A DNA stretch of 64,000 bases from Phaeosaccion multiseriatum (lineage: Eukaryota; Protista; Ochrophyta, other classes), in the NCBI GenBank assembly GCA_965112735.1, contig OZ218958.1, positions 992,001 through 1,056,000 on the forward strand. Reading direction: 5' to 3'. The stretch's first letter is position 1. Each line of letters opens with the position of its first letter. Below the pieces are notes generated by a model. That model worked only from the letters and a program-made list of their open reading frames with translations. It did not search any database and was not told the origin of the DNA. This document shows positions 27,901 to 38,213 of the stretch, piece after piece. Made by a program: the position numbers and the translations under genes.

Positions 27901-29688
27901 TCTCTCCCCCCAACCAGAGCGGCGGCAGCAGCAGCAGCAGGGCGGCGGTGTGCGGAGCAGCCCACACCAATAAAGTGTCAGGCATTGCCCTGTCCGCCGC
28001 CGGAGTGGTGTCTGTCGGGTGGGATGACATGGTCCGGGTCGGGTCTGTCTCCACGGGAGAGGGGGGCGCGTATGTGAGCTGTGCGGCCACGAACGGACAG
28101 CCTTGTGGCGTGTCGGCTAGCCCTGCCTCCAGTTTGGCGGCGGTGGTGAGTGGACGAAGGGAGGGGGAGGGAGGAAAGGGAGGCAGGGAGGGAGGGAGGG
28201 AGGGAGGCAGGCAGGGAGGGAGGGAGGGAGGGAGGGGGGGAGGGAGAGAATAGATGAGGGAGTGAGTAGGTGATTTGGTTGAGAGGACGTGATTAAGTAA
28301 TGTGAGGGAGTGAGTGAGTGAGAGAGTGAGTGAGTGAATGAGTGAGTGATTGAGTGAGTGAGTGGATGAGTGAGTGAGTGAGTGATTGAGTGAGTGAGTG
28401 AGTGAGTGAGTGAGTGAGCGGGTGAGTGAGTGAGTGAGTGAGTGAGAGAGTGAGTGAGTGAGTGGATGAGTGAGTGAGTGAGTGAGTGAGTGAAGGCGTG
28501 CGAAAGGTCAGGCCCTCATTTTTGTCTCTGTCTCTCCCCTCCTCGCTTCGACCTTGCCCCCCCCCCCACCCACCCCCCTGTAAGGCTACCAACAAGGGCA
28601 TCATGCTGTTCCGCGACTCCTCCGTGTTGTTGGGCATGGAGGTAAGCTACACCCCAACCTGCATTGCTCTCCTTGGAGAGGAGGAGGTGGCGGTGGGTAG
28701 CAGCGACAACAAGATTCACATATACTCTCTCCAGAGCGATGGTCATGACCTCACGGAGACGAAGGTGGTGGAGGGACATCGCGGAGCTATCAAGGTTTGT
28801 TGGGAGGGAGGGAGGGAGGGAGGGAGGGAGGGAGGCAGGGGAGGTAGGGAGGAGGGAGGGAGGAAGGAGGGACGCAGGGGAGGGAGGGAGGAGGGAGGGA
28901 GGGAGGGAGAGAGGGAGGGAGGGAGGGAGGGAGGGAGGGAGGTAGGGGGTGAGGGAGGGAGGGAGGGAGGTAGGTAAGGGGTGAGAGAGGGAGGTGGGTA
29001 GTGCTTGTCATGGTTGGGGAGCGAGCCATCCATCCATCCATCCGCTGCCGTCCATCCATCCATCGTGCGTGTTTGGATGTATCTACCCCATTTTCTCTTC
29101 CAATCTCTCTCTTCTTCCCTCTCGCTCTCCCTGCCTCCCACCCTACAGCCCTGCCTGCCTGCCTGCGTGCCTGTCTGCCCTCTGCTCGACCTCTGACCTT
29201 CCTCCTCCTCCTCCTCCTCCTCCTCCTCCTCCTCCTCCTCCTCCTCCTCCTCCTCCTCCTCCTCCTCCTCCTCCTCCTCCTCCTCCCCCTCCTCTTCTTC
29301 TTCCTCCGCCGCCTCCTCCTCCTCCTCCTCCTCCTCCTCCTCCTCCCTCCTCCTCCTCCTCCTCCTCCTCCTCCACCCCCTCCTCTTGCTGCTGCTGCTG
29401 CTGCTGCTGCTCCCTTCTCTTCCTCCTACCCTCAGGCGCTGGCCTACTCCCCCGACGGCTCGCACTTGGCCGCAGGAGACGCCGCCAGGGAGTGTGTCGT
29501 GTGGGCGCGTGGAGGCTGGGAAGCGGTGGTGCAAGGACTTTGGCAGTTTCATACGAGCACCATCCTCACCGTCGCTTGGTCTCCGAGCGGGTATGTGTGT
29601 GCATGCATGTGTACGTGTTGTTTGGCTTTTATTTTTACATGGGACTGACTGGGGCAGAAATCTCTTTCTTTCTTTGTCTCTCTCTCGC

Positions 29689-29768
<80 letters not shown>

Positions 29769-30214
29769 TCGTTCTTTCTTTCTTTCGTTCTTTTTCTTTC
29801 TTTCTTTCGTTCTTTCTTTATTCTTTGTTTGCCTCTTTCAAGTCTTTCATGTCCCATGTACGCTGCTCCCTTGGCGGTTTGCCTTACCCCCGCTGCTGCT
29901 ACTGCGAGCAGCTATCTTCTTGCACGGCTACTACTCCTTTCCTTGGTACTGATGCCCCTTCTTTCTCCCCCCCTCCCCTCACACACACACACACACACAC
30001 ACACAGCCGCGAAGTGGCCACTGGCGGCCTCGACGAGAACGTGTTTGTGTGGTCCTTGGACCAGCCCCGCCGCCGCATCCACTACCCCTTCGCGAACAAG
30101 GCCGGGGTGTCAGGACTACTGTGGCTCAGTGATGATGACCTCGTGTCGGCGGGAGGGGACCACTGTCTCGCTCGATGGAACGTGGGGCAAGACAGACACA
30201 AGCTCACCCAATAG
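22859..30214 (+). CDS. WDR1: WD-repeat protein 1 / actin-interacting protein 1 (multi-exon)
   Basis: NPSTERG, H...TTVAKFSPNGYWVASAD.SGK, VRIW, DL.W..ESKRI..VGEG, G.N.GE..GHNK...SCDYK..RPYRVMT.SED, GPPFKL......HSNFVNCLRY, H.GSVYSLAW, ATGGLD.NV.VW. Confidence 0.93.
25345..26165 (+). repeat. Second array of the same 23-bp G-rich satellite, in a WDR1 intron
   Basis: Same monomer as 12028-14915. Confidence 0.96.
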
Positions 30215-31239
30215 ATGGCAATAGATGGAGTGGAGTGGAGCGGAGAGGAGGAGTGGGGAGGGAAGTGTGTCTGAGGGGAGGGGAGGGGAGGGGAGAGGAG
30301 GGGAGGGGAGGGGAGGGAAGGGGAGAGGAGGGGAGGGGAGGGGAGGGGAGGGGAGGGGAGGGGAGGGGAGGGGAGGGGAGTGTGTGGGGGAGTGTAGAGT
30401 TGAGGAGCAATGCAGTCAGTGGAGCGGAGTGTTGGCTTGTAGGGGAGTGCAGTGGCGAAGAGCGAAAGTGGCGAATGTTTTTTGGGCTCCGTACACGTGT
30501 TGTGCGGGTGGAGTGTGTTTCGTGCAGAGTAACGTATGCAAAGCAAGACGATGATGGATACTGAGGACAATCACAAATGGAAAGAGCGACAAGTGCGCGA
30601 ATTGGTGGTACGGTTACTTCTCGGCAGCCCCAACATGCCCCTGAGGAAGGAGGGGGACTGGGCAGTGGAGAGGGCAGCGGTGTTGGAGAGTAGGGAGGTC
30701 AAAGCAAGCTACAGGAGAGCCCCGCAACACGATGCATTTGTAGTAGATGCTTGATCCCTTGCGTACACGTACTCTGCTGCGGTCGCAGACCGTGGAAGCT
30801 GGCACGTAAGTCGAAGGGCGGGGAGGGGGCTCTGCTCACCTTGGGCTCTCTGTCCCTGTCTGTCCAGACCCTTCTCCTCCTCCGCTCCTCCTCCGAGGGT
30901 CCAAAGCGGTACGAGGGTGAGGGTGAGGAACCTCATCAGTGCTGCCTCCCCCCGATACCTCCCGCCCCCTCTCCCCCACGTCTCCGCCTCGGTCCGCGCC
31001 TCACTCTCGTCAGTGGTCGTCCCCTGACTCTGCCCCTGACAGTGGCCTTGTTTCGTGCGTTGCATTCTCATAGAGCGGCACCTCCTCCGGGCACGTCTCC
31101 TAGACATCGACATCGCCATCTTCATCATCCTCCTCCTCCTCCTCCTCCTCCTCCTCCTCCTCCTCCTCCTCTTCTTCTTCTTGTTCCTCCTCCTCCTCCT
31201 CCTCATCATCATCATCATCATCATCATCGTCATTCATCC

Positions 31240-31271
<32 letters not shown>

Positions 31272-31273
<2 letters not shown>

Positions 31274-32053
31274 GTTGGAAGGCCCCGGGATAGGCATTGG
31301 GGATGTTGGAAGGCCTCAGATGAGATGGGCCATAAGTCAATGGCCCAGGCCCAGGCAGATACAGTGAGAACGGGGCGGTCGCACACATCTGGGTGAGTGT
31401 TGCATAATGCTCATCCGTTTTCTTTTTTTAGGTTGCGACAGTCGAGCTTCAGTAGGCGAATCCGCTTGTGTTGCGTGGGAACACGCAGCAGTCTTGTCAA
31501 GGGGATGTTGGAAGTGGCGGATAGCTATTGGGGATGTTGGAAGGCACCGGGATAGGCATTGGGGATGTTGGAAGGCCTCAGATGAGATGGGCCATAAGTC
31601 AATGGCCCAGGCCCAGGCAGATACAGTGAGAACGGATGGCTCTCACTATCCTATGTGCGAAGGTGGTCGTTTAGGACTAGCATGCGATAAGTTAATAGAG
31701 GCAAGGCTGGCTGCTAGGCTGGCTTTGGGGTTGCTGTTACCTTGTCCGTGTGTCTAGTTCTATCCTATCTGTAGGCGACAGCGCATGTCGGTCGTGCGTA
31801 CGTCGTTTTACAACCCCAAAGCCAGCCTAGCAGCCAGCCTTGCCTCTATTAACTTATCGCATGCTAGTCCTAAACGACCACCTTCGCACATAGGATAGTG
31901 AGAGCCACGCCACCCGTTCTCACTTTATCTGCCTGGGCCTGGGCCATTGACTTATGGCCCATCTCATGTGAGGCCTTCCAACATCCCCAATGCCTATCCC
32001 GGGGCCTTCCAACATCCCCAATAGCTATCCGCCACTTCCAACAATCCAGGGAT
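31272..32053. mobile_element. Foldback/MITE-like insertion: inverted arms 31506-31733 and 31811-32043 with a 77-bp loop, plus a partial third arm at 31273-31373
   Basis: Arms are near-perfect reverse complements; the block is absent at the equivalent position of duplicate B (~42690-42740). Confidence 0.75.
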
Positions 32054-34330
32054 GTGGTACTCGACCAGAAGTCCCTCGGGACGATCGGCAGGCAGAGTAC
32101 ATCCCCGCCCAACCGTAAGCTTCCTCAGGCCAGCAGGCAGATTCTCCAAATGGCAAGTGTAGTACCTTGCCAACCGTAGAATCTGGAGCGAAGCAGGCAG
32201 GGCCAGGGGGAGGTTAAAGTACCGCCCCATCTCCACCTCCTCCACACCGCAAGGAAGGACCACGTGGTGATTGAATTCCGAGTACTGGGCAAATGTGATC
32301 TTTTTCAGCGAAGCGGGCAGCTCCAAAGGGAGATTAAAGTCCCGCCCCATCACCACCTCCTCCACACCACAAGGAAGGACAACGTGCTGATTGAACCTTG
32401 CGCCAAATGTGATCTTCTTCAACGAAGCAGGCAGGGCCAAAGGGAGGTTAAAGTCCCACCCCATGTGCACCTCCTCCACACCGCAAGGAAGGACCACGTG
32501 CTTATTGAAGCTTGTGCCAAATCTGATCTTCTTCAGCGAAGCGGGGAGATCCAAAGGGAGATTGAAATCCCGCCCCATCTCCATCCCCTCCACACCGCAA
32601 GGAAGGACCACGTGCTGATTGAAACACCAGCCAAATGTGATCTTCTTCAGCGAAACAGGTAGGGCCAAAGGGAGGTTAAAGTCAAGCCCCATCTCCACCT
32701 CCTCCACACCACAAGGAAGGACAACGTGCTGATTGAATCTTCCGCCAAATCTGATCTTCTTAAGCGAGGCAGGTAGGGCCAGAGGGAGGTTAAAGTCCCA
32801 CCCCATGTCCACCTCCTCCACACCGCAAGGAAGGACCACGTGCTGATTGAATCTTGCGCTAAATCTGATCTTCTTTAGCGAGGCAGGTAGGGCCAGAGGG
32901 AGGTTAAAGTCCTGACCCATGTCCACCTCCTCCACACCGCAAGGAAGGACCACGTGCTGATTGAATCTTGCGCTAAATCTGATCTTCTTTAGCGAGGCAG
33001 GCAGCTCCAGAGGGAGGTTAAAGTCCCACCCCATCTCCACCTCCTCCACACCGCAAGGAAGGACCACGTGCTGATTGAATAGTCCGCCAAATGTGATCTT
33101 CTTCAGCGAGGCAGGTAGGTCCGCAGGGAGGTTAAAGTCCCTACCCATCACCACCTCCTCCACACCGCAAGGAAAGACCAAGTGCTGATTGAATAGTCTG
33201 CCAAATGTGATCTTCTTCAGCGAAGCGGGCAGCTCCAGAGGGAGGTTAAAGAAATATCCCATCACCACCTCCTCCACACCGCAAGGAAGGACCACGTGCT
33301 GATTGAACCACAAGCCAAATGTGATCTTCTTCAGCGAAGCGGGCAGCTCCAAAGGGAGGTTAAAGTTATATCCCATCACCACCTCCTCCACACCGCAAGG
33401 AAGGACCACGTGCTGATTGAATCGCGAGCTCCCGCTAAATCTGATCTTCTTCAGCGAGGCAGGCAGGTGCAGAGGGAGGTTAAAGTCCCGTCCCATTACC
33501 ACCTCCTCCACACCGCAAGGAAAGACCACGTGCTGATTGAATTTCTCGCCAAATGTGATCTTCTGCGGCGAGGCAGGTAGGGCCAGAGGGAGGTTAAAGT
33601 CCCAACCCATCTGCACCTCCTCCACACCGCAAGGAAGGACCACGTGCTGATTGAACCTTTCGCCAAATGTGATCTTCTTCAGCGAAGCGGGGAGATCCAA
33701 AGGAAGGTTGAAGTCCCGCCCCATCTGCACCTCCTCTACGCTTCTTGGCAATGTTATGTTACCTTGGTTGAAATGGTCCGAGAAGCACACACGCTTGACC
33801 GATGCCGGCAATAGCGCCAACGCCTTCGTGACCAGGGCATCGCCAGCAGAGGTCAGATCCAGAGCATGAAAGTAGCTCCTGCTGGGGCACAGGCGCACAG
33901 CGGCAATGCCGAACGTGCGTCTCGGTTTGCCTCCCCCCAGGCCTCCCTCTCCCAGGTTAGTGGCCCCCACCTCTGCCGCTAGAGATGGTGATGCACGAGT
34001 GTGCTTCTCCTCTTCCCGCTGCTGCCACCGGAGGACACCGAGCATATGCTGTTGGACAGGGGCGGGCGCAGCGGAAGTCAGCACGAGAGTGCGTGATGTC
34101 ACCTCGTCGAGGGCCCGGCTGACACCCCAAAGTTCCTTGCTCCGCAGTACGGTATCGAGAACACCCCAGGCCGCTACAGTCTGACTCCTGCTGTCCCCAG
34201 CTTGGAAGGTGCACGCAGTAGAGGGACCAGCGGCGCCCTGCTGCTGGGGACTGTGAGGTATCATCCTCCCCGCCTCTCCCGCCTCTCCCGCCTCTCCCTG
34301 CTGCCGGCACTCCTGAGCGCGGCGTTTCAT
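31994..34330 (-). CDS. FNIP/LRR-like repeat protein copy 1 (778 aa, intronless; 13 core 38-aa units); native acidic C-terminus displaced by the hairpin insertion
   Basis: Unit LPASLKKIxFGxxFNQHVV-LPCGVEEVxMGxxFNLPLx resembles the FNIP consensus (LP.SL..L.FG..FNQP); orphaned acidic tail ..DEDGDVDV* at 31100-31270. Confidence 0.85.
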   Translation of the reverse strand: MKRRAQECRQQGEAGEAGEAGRMIPHSPQQQGAAGPSTACTFQAGDSRSQTVAAWGVLDTVLRSKELWGVSRALDEVTSRTLVLTSAAPAPVQQHMLGVLRWQQREEEKHTRASPSLAAEVGATNLGEGGLGGGKPRRTFGIAAVRLCPSRSYFHALDLTSAGDALVTKALALLPASVKRVCFSDHFNQGNITLPRSVEEVQMGRDFNLPLDLPASLKKITFGERFNQHVVLPCGVEEVQMGWDFNLPLALPASPQKITFGEKFNQHVVFPCGVEEVVMGRDFNLPLHLPASLKKIRFSGSSRFNQHVVLPCGVEEVVMGYNFNLPLELPASLKKITFGLWFNQHVVLPCGVEEVVMGYFFNLPLELPASLKKITFGRLFNQHLVFPCGVEEVVMGRDFNLPADLPASLKKITFGGLFNQHVVLPCGVEEVEMGWDFNLPLELPASLKKIRFSARFNQHVVLPCGVEEVDMGQDFNLPLALPASLKKIRFSARFNQHVVLPCGVEEVDMGWDFNLPLALPASLKKIRFGGRFNQHVVLPCGVEEVEMGLDFNLPLALPVSLKKITFGWCFNQHVVLPCGVEGMEMGRDFNLPLDLPASLKKIRFGTSFNKHVVLPCGVEEVHMGWDFNLPLALPASLKKITFGARFNQHVVLPCGVEEVVMGRDFNLPLELPASLKKITFAQYSEFNHHVVLPCGVEEVEMGRYFNLPLALPASLQILRLARYYTCHLENLPAGLRKLTVGRGCTLPADRPEGLLVEYHIPGLLEVADSYWGCWKAPG

Positions 34331-34826
34331 TGCTCTTCCTTTTCGGGGGAAAGAAAAAAAGGCGGGGGCCCGGCCTGAGAGCGATAATAGTTGACAGCAG
34401 TCAGCGGCTGTAGAGGAGAAGTTGACGTGCGGGAAGATGGCTCCTCAAGTCCTGCGTATTCGCGTTCAAAGCTTTTTTCTTCAAGGATGCGAACGAGCTT
34501 CCATTTAGGATCTGTGAATACTGTGTTGAAGCACCAACACGCGAACTCGGTCCCCACGAGGATCCGAGGAGAGATTATTATAAAAAAATCAAGCAAGAAA
34601 ACAGGAAGGAAGAGAAGCAAGCTAAATAGCGCAAGGGAGGGCCGCGAAGGGGGGGGGCGCAGCAGTAGCAGCAGCTGCTGAAAGGAAAGGAGGACGTGGA
34701 GCTAACATGTTTTAAAGCTCTCAGGACCGGGCCCCTGCCTTTTTTTCTTTCCCCCATGAGGGAAGCGCAATGAAACGCCGCGCTCAGAAGAAGTAGAGTA
34801 CACACCTTGCCGAAGAAAGAGACAGG

Positions 34827-35011
34827 ATGAGCGGCGAGTGGCGCAAATGGAGCACCTCCAAGGGTGGCAAGATGTCAACACACTCACTCACTACGGCCAA
34901 TCATGGCTTCGACGGCAACTCCTCCTTTCAGGATTTCAAGAAGTGGAAGGAGCTGGGGATGAATAAGAAGGAGGCGAAAATGGCACAGATTCTGTGCGGC
35001 TTCCCACCGAA
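34827..35011 (+). pseudogene. Stray copy of exon 1 of the ubiquitin-like-domain gene at 58951-62295
   Basis: 34330-35120 aligns inverted to 61985-62745; encodes ..STHSLTTANHGFDG..QILCGFPPK with small in-frame deletions; the downstream exons are absent. Confidence 0.85.
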
Positions 35012-35189
35012 GTACGTGGTCAACACGGAAGGGAGGGAGGTGTAGATTGTGGGGTTTTTTTGGATTCGTGTCCTCTCTCCGTCCATGCCGCTCCTCTCTA
35101 TCTATATATCTCTAGCCCTCTCCAGCCCTCTCCCTCCCTCTCCTTTTGTCATCATGTTGTATGTCCATTGTCCATCTCACACTTGGCGG

Positions 35190-36089
35190 CAACTGTACAC
35201 ACATGCGGCTCACATGATGACCACAGGAGGGGCGGAGTACGGCGTGACGGCAGAGAGCGTCGCCATCGGCTTCGCGAAGGTCATGGAACGCATGGGCAAG
35301 ATTCGAGGTAGGGAGGTGGACAACCAACATGCATACATGTAGCGGCATAGAGGCAAGAGACAAAGAGGCATGGTGGCGTAGCTCGCTCTCTCTCTCCACC
35401 CCCTTAAGCCCCTCACGTTCCTCCCTCACCACCCCCATCCACTGCCACCCCCCCCTCTCTCCCCTCTCTGACAGCTGGCATCTCGCATCACGACTCTGCC
35501 GAGCGATTCAGCAAGGGCCTCGGTATCGATATCTTCTTGGGCAGAGGGACCTTCACAGGACCCAACACCATTGAGGTCAATGGCAAGACCCTCAAGTTCA
35601 AGAAGGTGTGCCAATAGTCAATAGGTGTATGTCACAATGGGCGGGTGGGTGCGTGCAGTATGTCAATGGTGTAGTATGTCATAGGTTGAGGGATGGAGGG
35701 TGGTGGGTGGACTAGCTGGGGAGGTGGCAATCTGTGTGAGAGGGTGCGTGAGCCCGTCTTGTGGTGTAAGTGTGTCCTTCGCAGCACACCCATGTCTGTT
35801 TGCCCTCTCCTTTTGTATTCTCTCTTTCTCTCCTCCCCACTCCCCCCCCCCCCCGTATCTTCTCCCTCCTCATACGCCTCCAACTACTCTCCCCCCAGGC
35901 GGTCGTCGCTACCGGTGACACAGCGGCCCTCCCGCCCATCCCCGGTCTTGCCGAGGCCCCTTACCTTACCAATAACTCCATCTTCAATCTCACCACTTTG
36001 CCCCCGAGGATGCTCGTCATTGGCGGAGGTAAGAGACAATGCATGTACACGTGTACACCTCTGACGTATTCTTCTGCTACTACTACCTT

Positions 36090-36168
<79 letters not shown>

Positions 36169-36174
36169 CTTCTG

Positions 36175-36244
<70 letters not shown>

Positions 36245-36285
36245 AACTACTACAACTACTACTACTCCTACTACTACTACTACTC

Positions 36286-36351
<66 letters not shown>

Positions 36352-37316
36352 CTACTACTACAACCCCTGCTACTCCTGCTCTGCTTGACCCTAAAACGCG
36401 CAACGCTTCTCTCCTGCCTCGCCCTGCTCCCCTCCTCTTGCTAGTTGTGCCTGGGCTATCAATCATTAACCCCACCCTGACACCCCAACCCTCTGTCCAA
36501 TCCAACCCAACCCAACCCACCCAACACCCTCCCAGGGCCCATCGGTCTGGAGCTTGACCAAGCAATGCGCCGCTTCGGATCGGAAGCAACGTGTTGGTGC
36601 GCTCTGACCAGGTAAGACTCTCTTCTCGAATGTCTCTCTCTCCCTCTCTCTCTCTCCCTCTCTCCTCCCCTCTCTTTCCCGTCTCTGTCTCTCTCTCTTT
36701 CTCCCCTTCTGTCTCACCTCTCTCCCTCTCTCTCTCCCTCTCTCCTCCCCTCTCTTTCCCCTCTCTGTCTCTCTCTCTTTCTCCCCCTTCTCTCTCACCT
36801 CCACACCCCTCCCTGTACCTCCCCCTCCCTCCCCTTCCTCCCCTCCCTCTCCAACAAAAGATCATGCCCAAGGAGGACGAAGACGCCGCTCGCATCGTGC
36901 AGGAGCAGCTCCCCAAAGACGGCATCAAGTTCAACTTCTACTTGAAGTTTGACAAGGTGGAGACAGTCGTAGGGCAACAAGGAGTAGCCGGTGGAGACCG
37001 TATGACAACCGTCGCTGACGTCATGAGAGTAACGTGCCGACAAGGCGGACCCGATGGAGAGGAGGAGAAGGAGGTGGTGTTCGAAGCCGAGGCACTGCTC
37101 GTTGCTACAGAACACAAACCCAATGTCCAGGGCCTCAAAACCACCCAAGTATGACACTCGCAATGGGGTGGAGGTGAACGATCAGCTGCAGACGTCCAAC
37201 AAGGCGATTTTCGCGGTGGGGGACTGCTGCACACCGTTTCAGTTCACGCACGTGTCGGACTTTATGGCGCGAATCGTCATTCGCAAGGCGCTCTTCTTCG
37301 GCAAGGGCAAGTTCAG
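35190..37316 (+). pseudogene. Internal fragment of a pyridine nucleotide-disulfide oxidoreductase (mercuric reductase/dihydrolipoamide dehydrogenase-like), with introns, degraded
   Basis: GISHHDSAERF..LGIDIFLGRG.FTGPNTIEVNG.TL.FKK, AVVATG...PPIPGL...YLTN.SIFNL..LP.RMLVIGGGPIGLEL, EDEDAA, LQTSN..IFAVGDC....QFTH; frameshifts near 36590 and 37145, ATGR changed to ATEH, no N-terminal CxxxxC and no C-terminal dimerisation domain. Confidence 0.82.
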
Positions 37317-37887
37317 GTATGTTCATGTTGTCTCATGTCATCTTACATCATCGTATCTTACTGTGGAGCGGCGGTGTGGCATCCCTTGTAGTGGGTGGGG
37401 AGCGGGTGGGAGGCGCGGGTGGAAAGAGTGGTGACAGGCGGGCCGGCCCCGCCTCCATTGGGTCTGTCGCTTCTCTTTGTCTTCTTCTTTGTAGGATGAG
37501 AGATGCTGACCTATCGCTCTCCCCTCCTCTCCACCTCGACTCCTCTCCACCTCCACCCCCTCCCTCACCCCCACTCCACGGGGTGTCAGGACAGAGGGGT
37601 GAGGGGTGTCAGGACAGAGGGGTGAGGGGTGTCAGGACAGAGGGGTAAGGGGTGTCAGGACAGAGGGCCGCTGCCAAAGGCGGTTACATTCTGCTAATAC
37701 GTGGATGCCATGTAGGAATTCACCTCAAATGTGTTGTTCGATCTCTCGTGGTCTCTCGTCTCTCCCTTTCTCTGTCTCTCTCTTCCTCTCTCGCGTTCGC
37801 GCTCTCTCTCTCTATCCTCTCTTCGTCGTGCGCTCTCTCTCTCTCGCTCTCCCTCCGTCTATTTGACCGAATCACCAACTGCTGCAG

Positions 37888-38180
37888 GTCTTCGCTGGCC
37901 CTCCCTTCAAGCTTGACCACAGCAACATCGCCGAGCACAGCAACTTTGTCAACTGCCTCCGGTACAGGTGCGCGAGACGAGGGGACGAGAGAGAGAGGGG
38001 GGGTGGAGAGAGAAGAGAAGAGACAGAGGCTGAAGTCTCCTTGAACATTCTGCGCCTTTTGACCTCTGAGAAGTTGAGTTTCAGGTGTTTGTCTTCACCA
38101 ACTGCGGTCGATCTTCACACGCCAGTCCCTCCATCCTTCCAGTCGTGCGTCTCCTGACGGTGTGATTGCTGCTGTATCAC

Positions 38181-38213
<33 letters not shown>

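Larger units (their letters stand above)
26105..34340. repeat. Segmental duplication copy A (WDR1 3' exons + intergenic + FNIP-like gene); direct repeat of 37581-45130
   Basis: Colinear near-identical exons, introns and 3' flank; differences mostly in microsatellite length, the FNIP array and the 31272-32053 insert. Confidence 0.93.

Noticed and set aside
30709-31293. ORFs downstream of FNIP copies 1 and 2 (also 42189-42864) as separate genes
   Set aside because: Low-complexity frames overlapping the FNIP acidic tail and 3' region; no recognisable domain
31800-31813. CGTCGTTTTACAAC match to the lacZ/M13 primer region (vector contamination)
   Set aside because: Only 14 bp with no flanking vector sequence, and it overlaps the hairpin arm; most likely chance
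32160-33760. FNIP arrays as TALE-like DNA-binding repeats or as a DGR template/variable pair
   Set aside because: The consensus is LRR/FNIP-like beta-strand type rather than TALE helical; variation does not appear adenine-restricted by eye, and no reverse transcriptase is present in the window
35190-37316. Functional mercuric reductase (merA)
   Set aside because: Lacks the redox-active cysteine motif and the C-terminus, and carries frameshifts; substrate cannot be assigned
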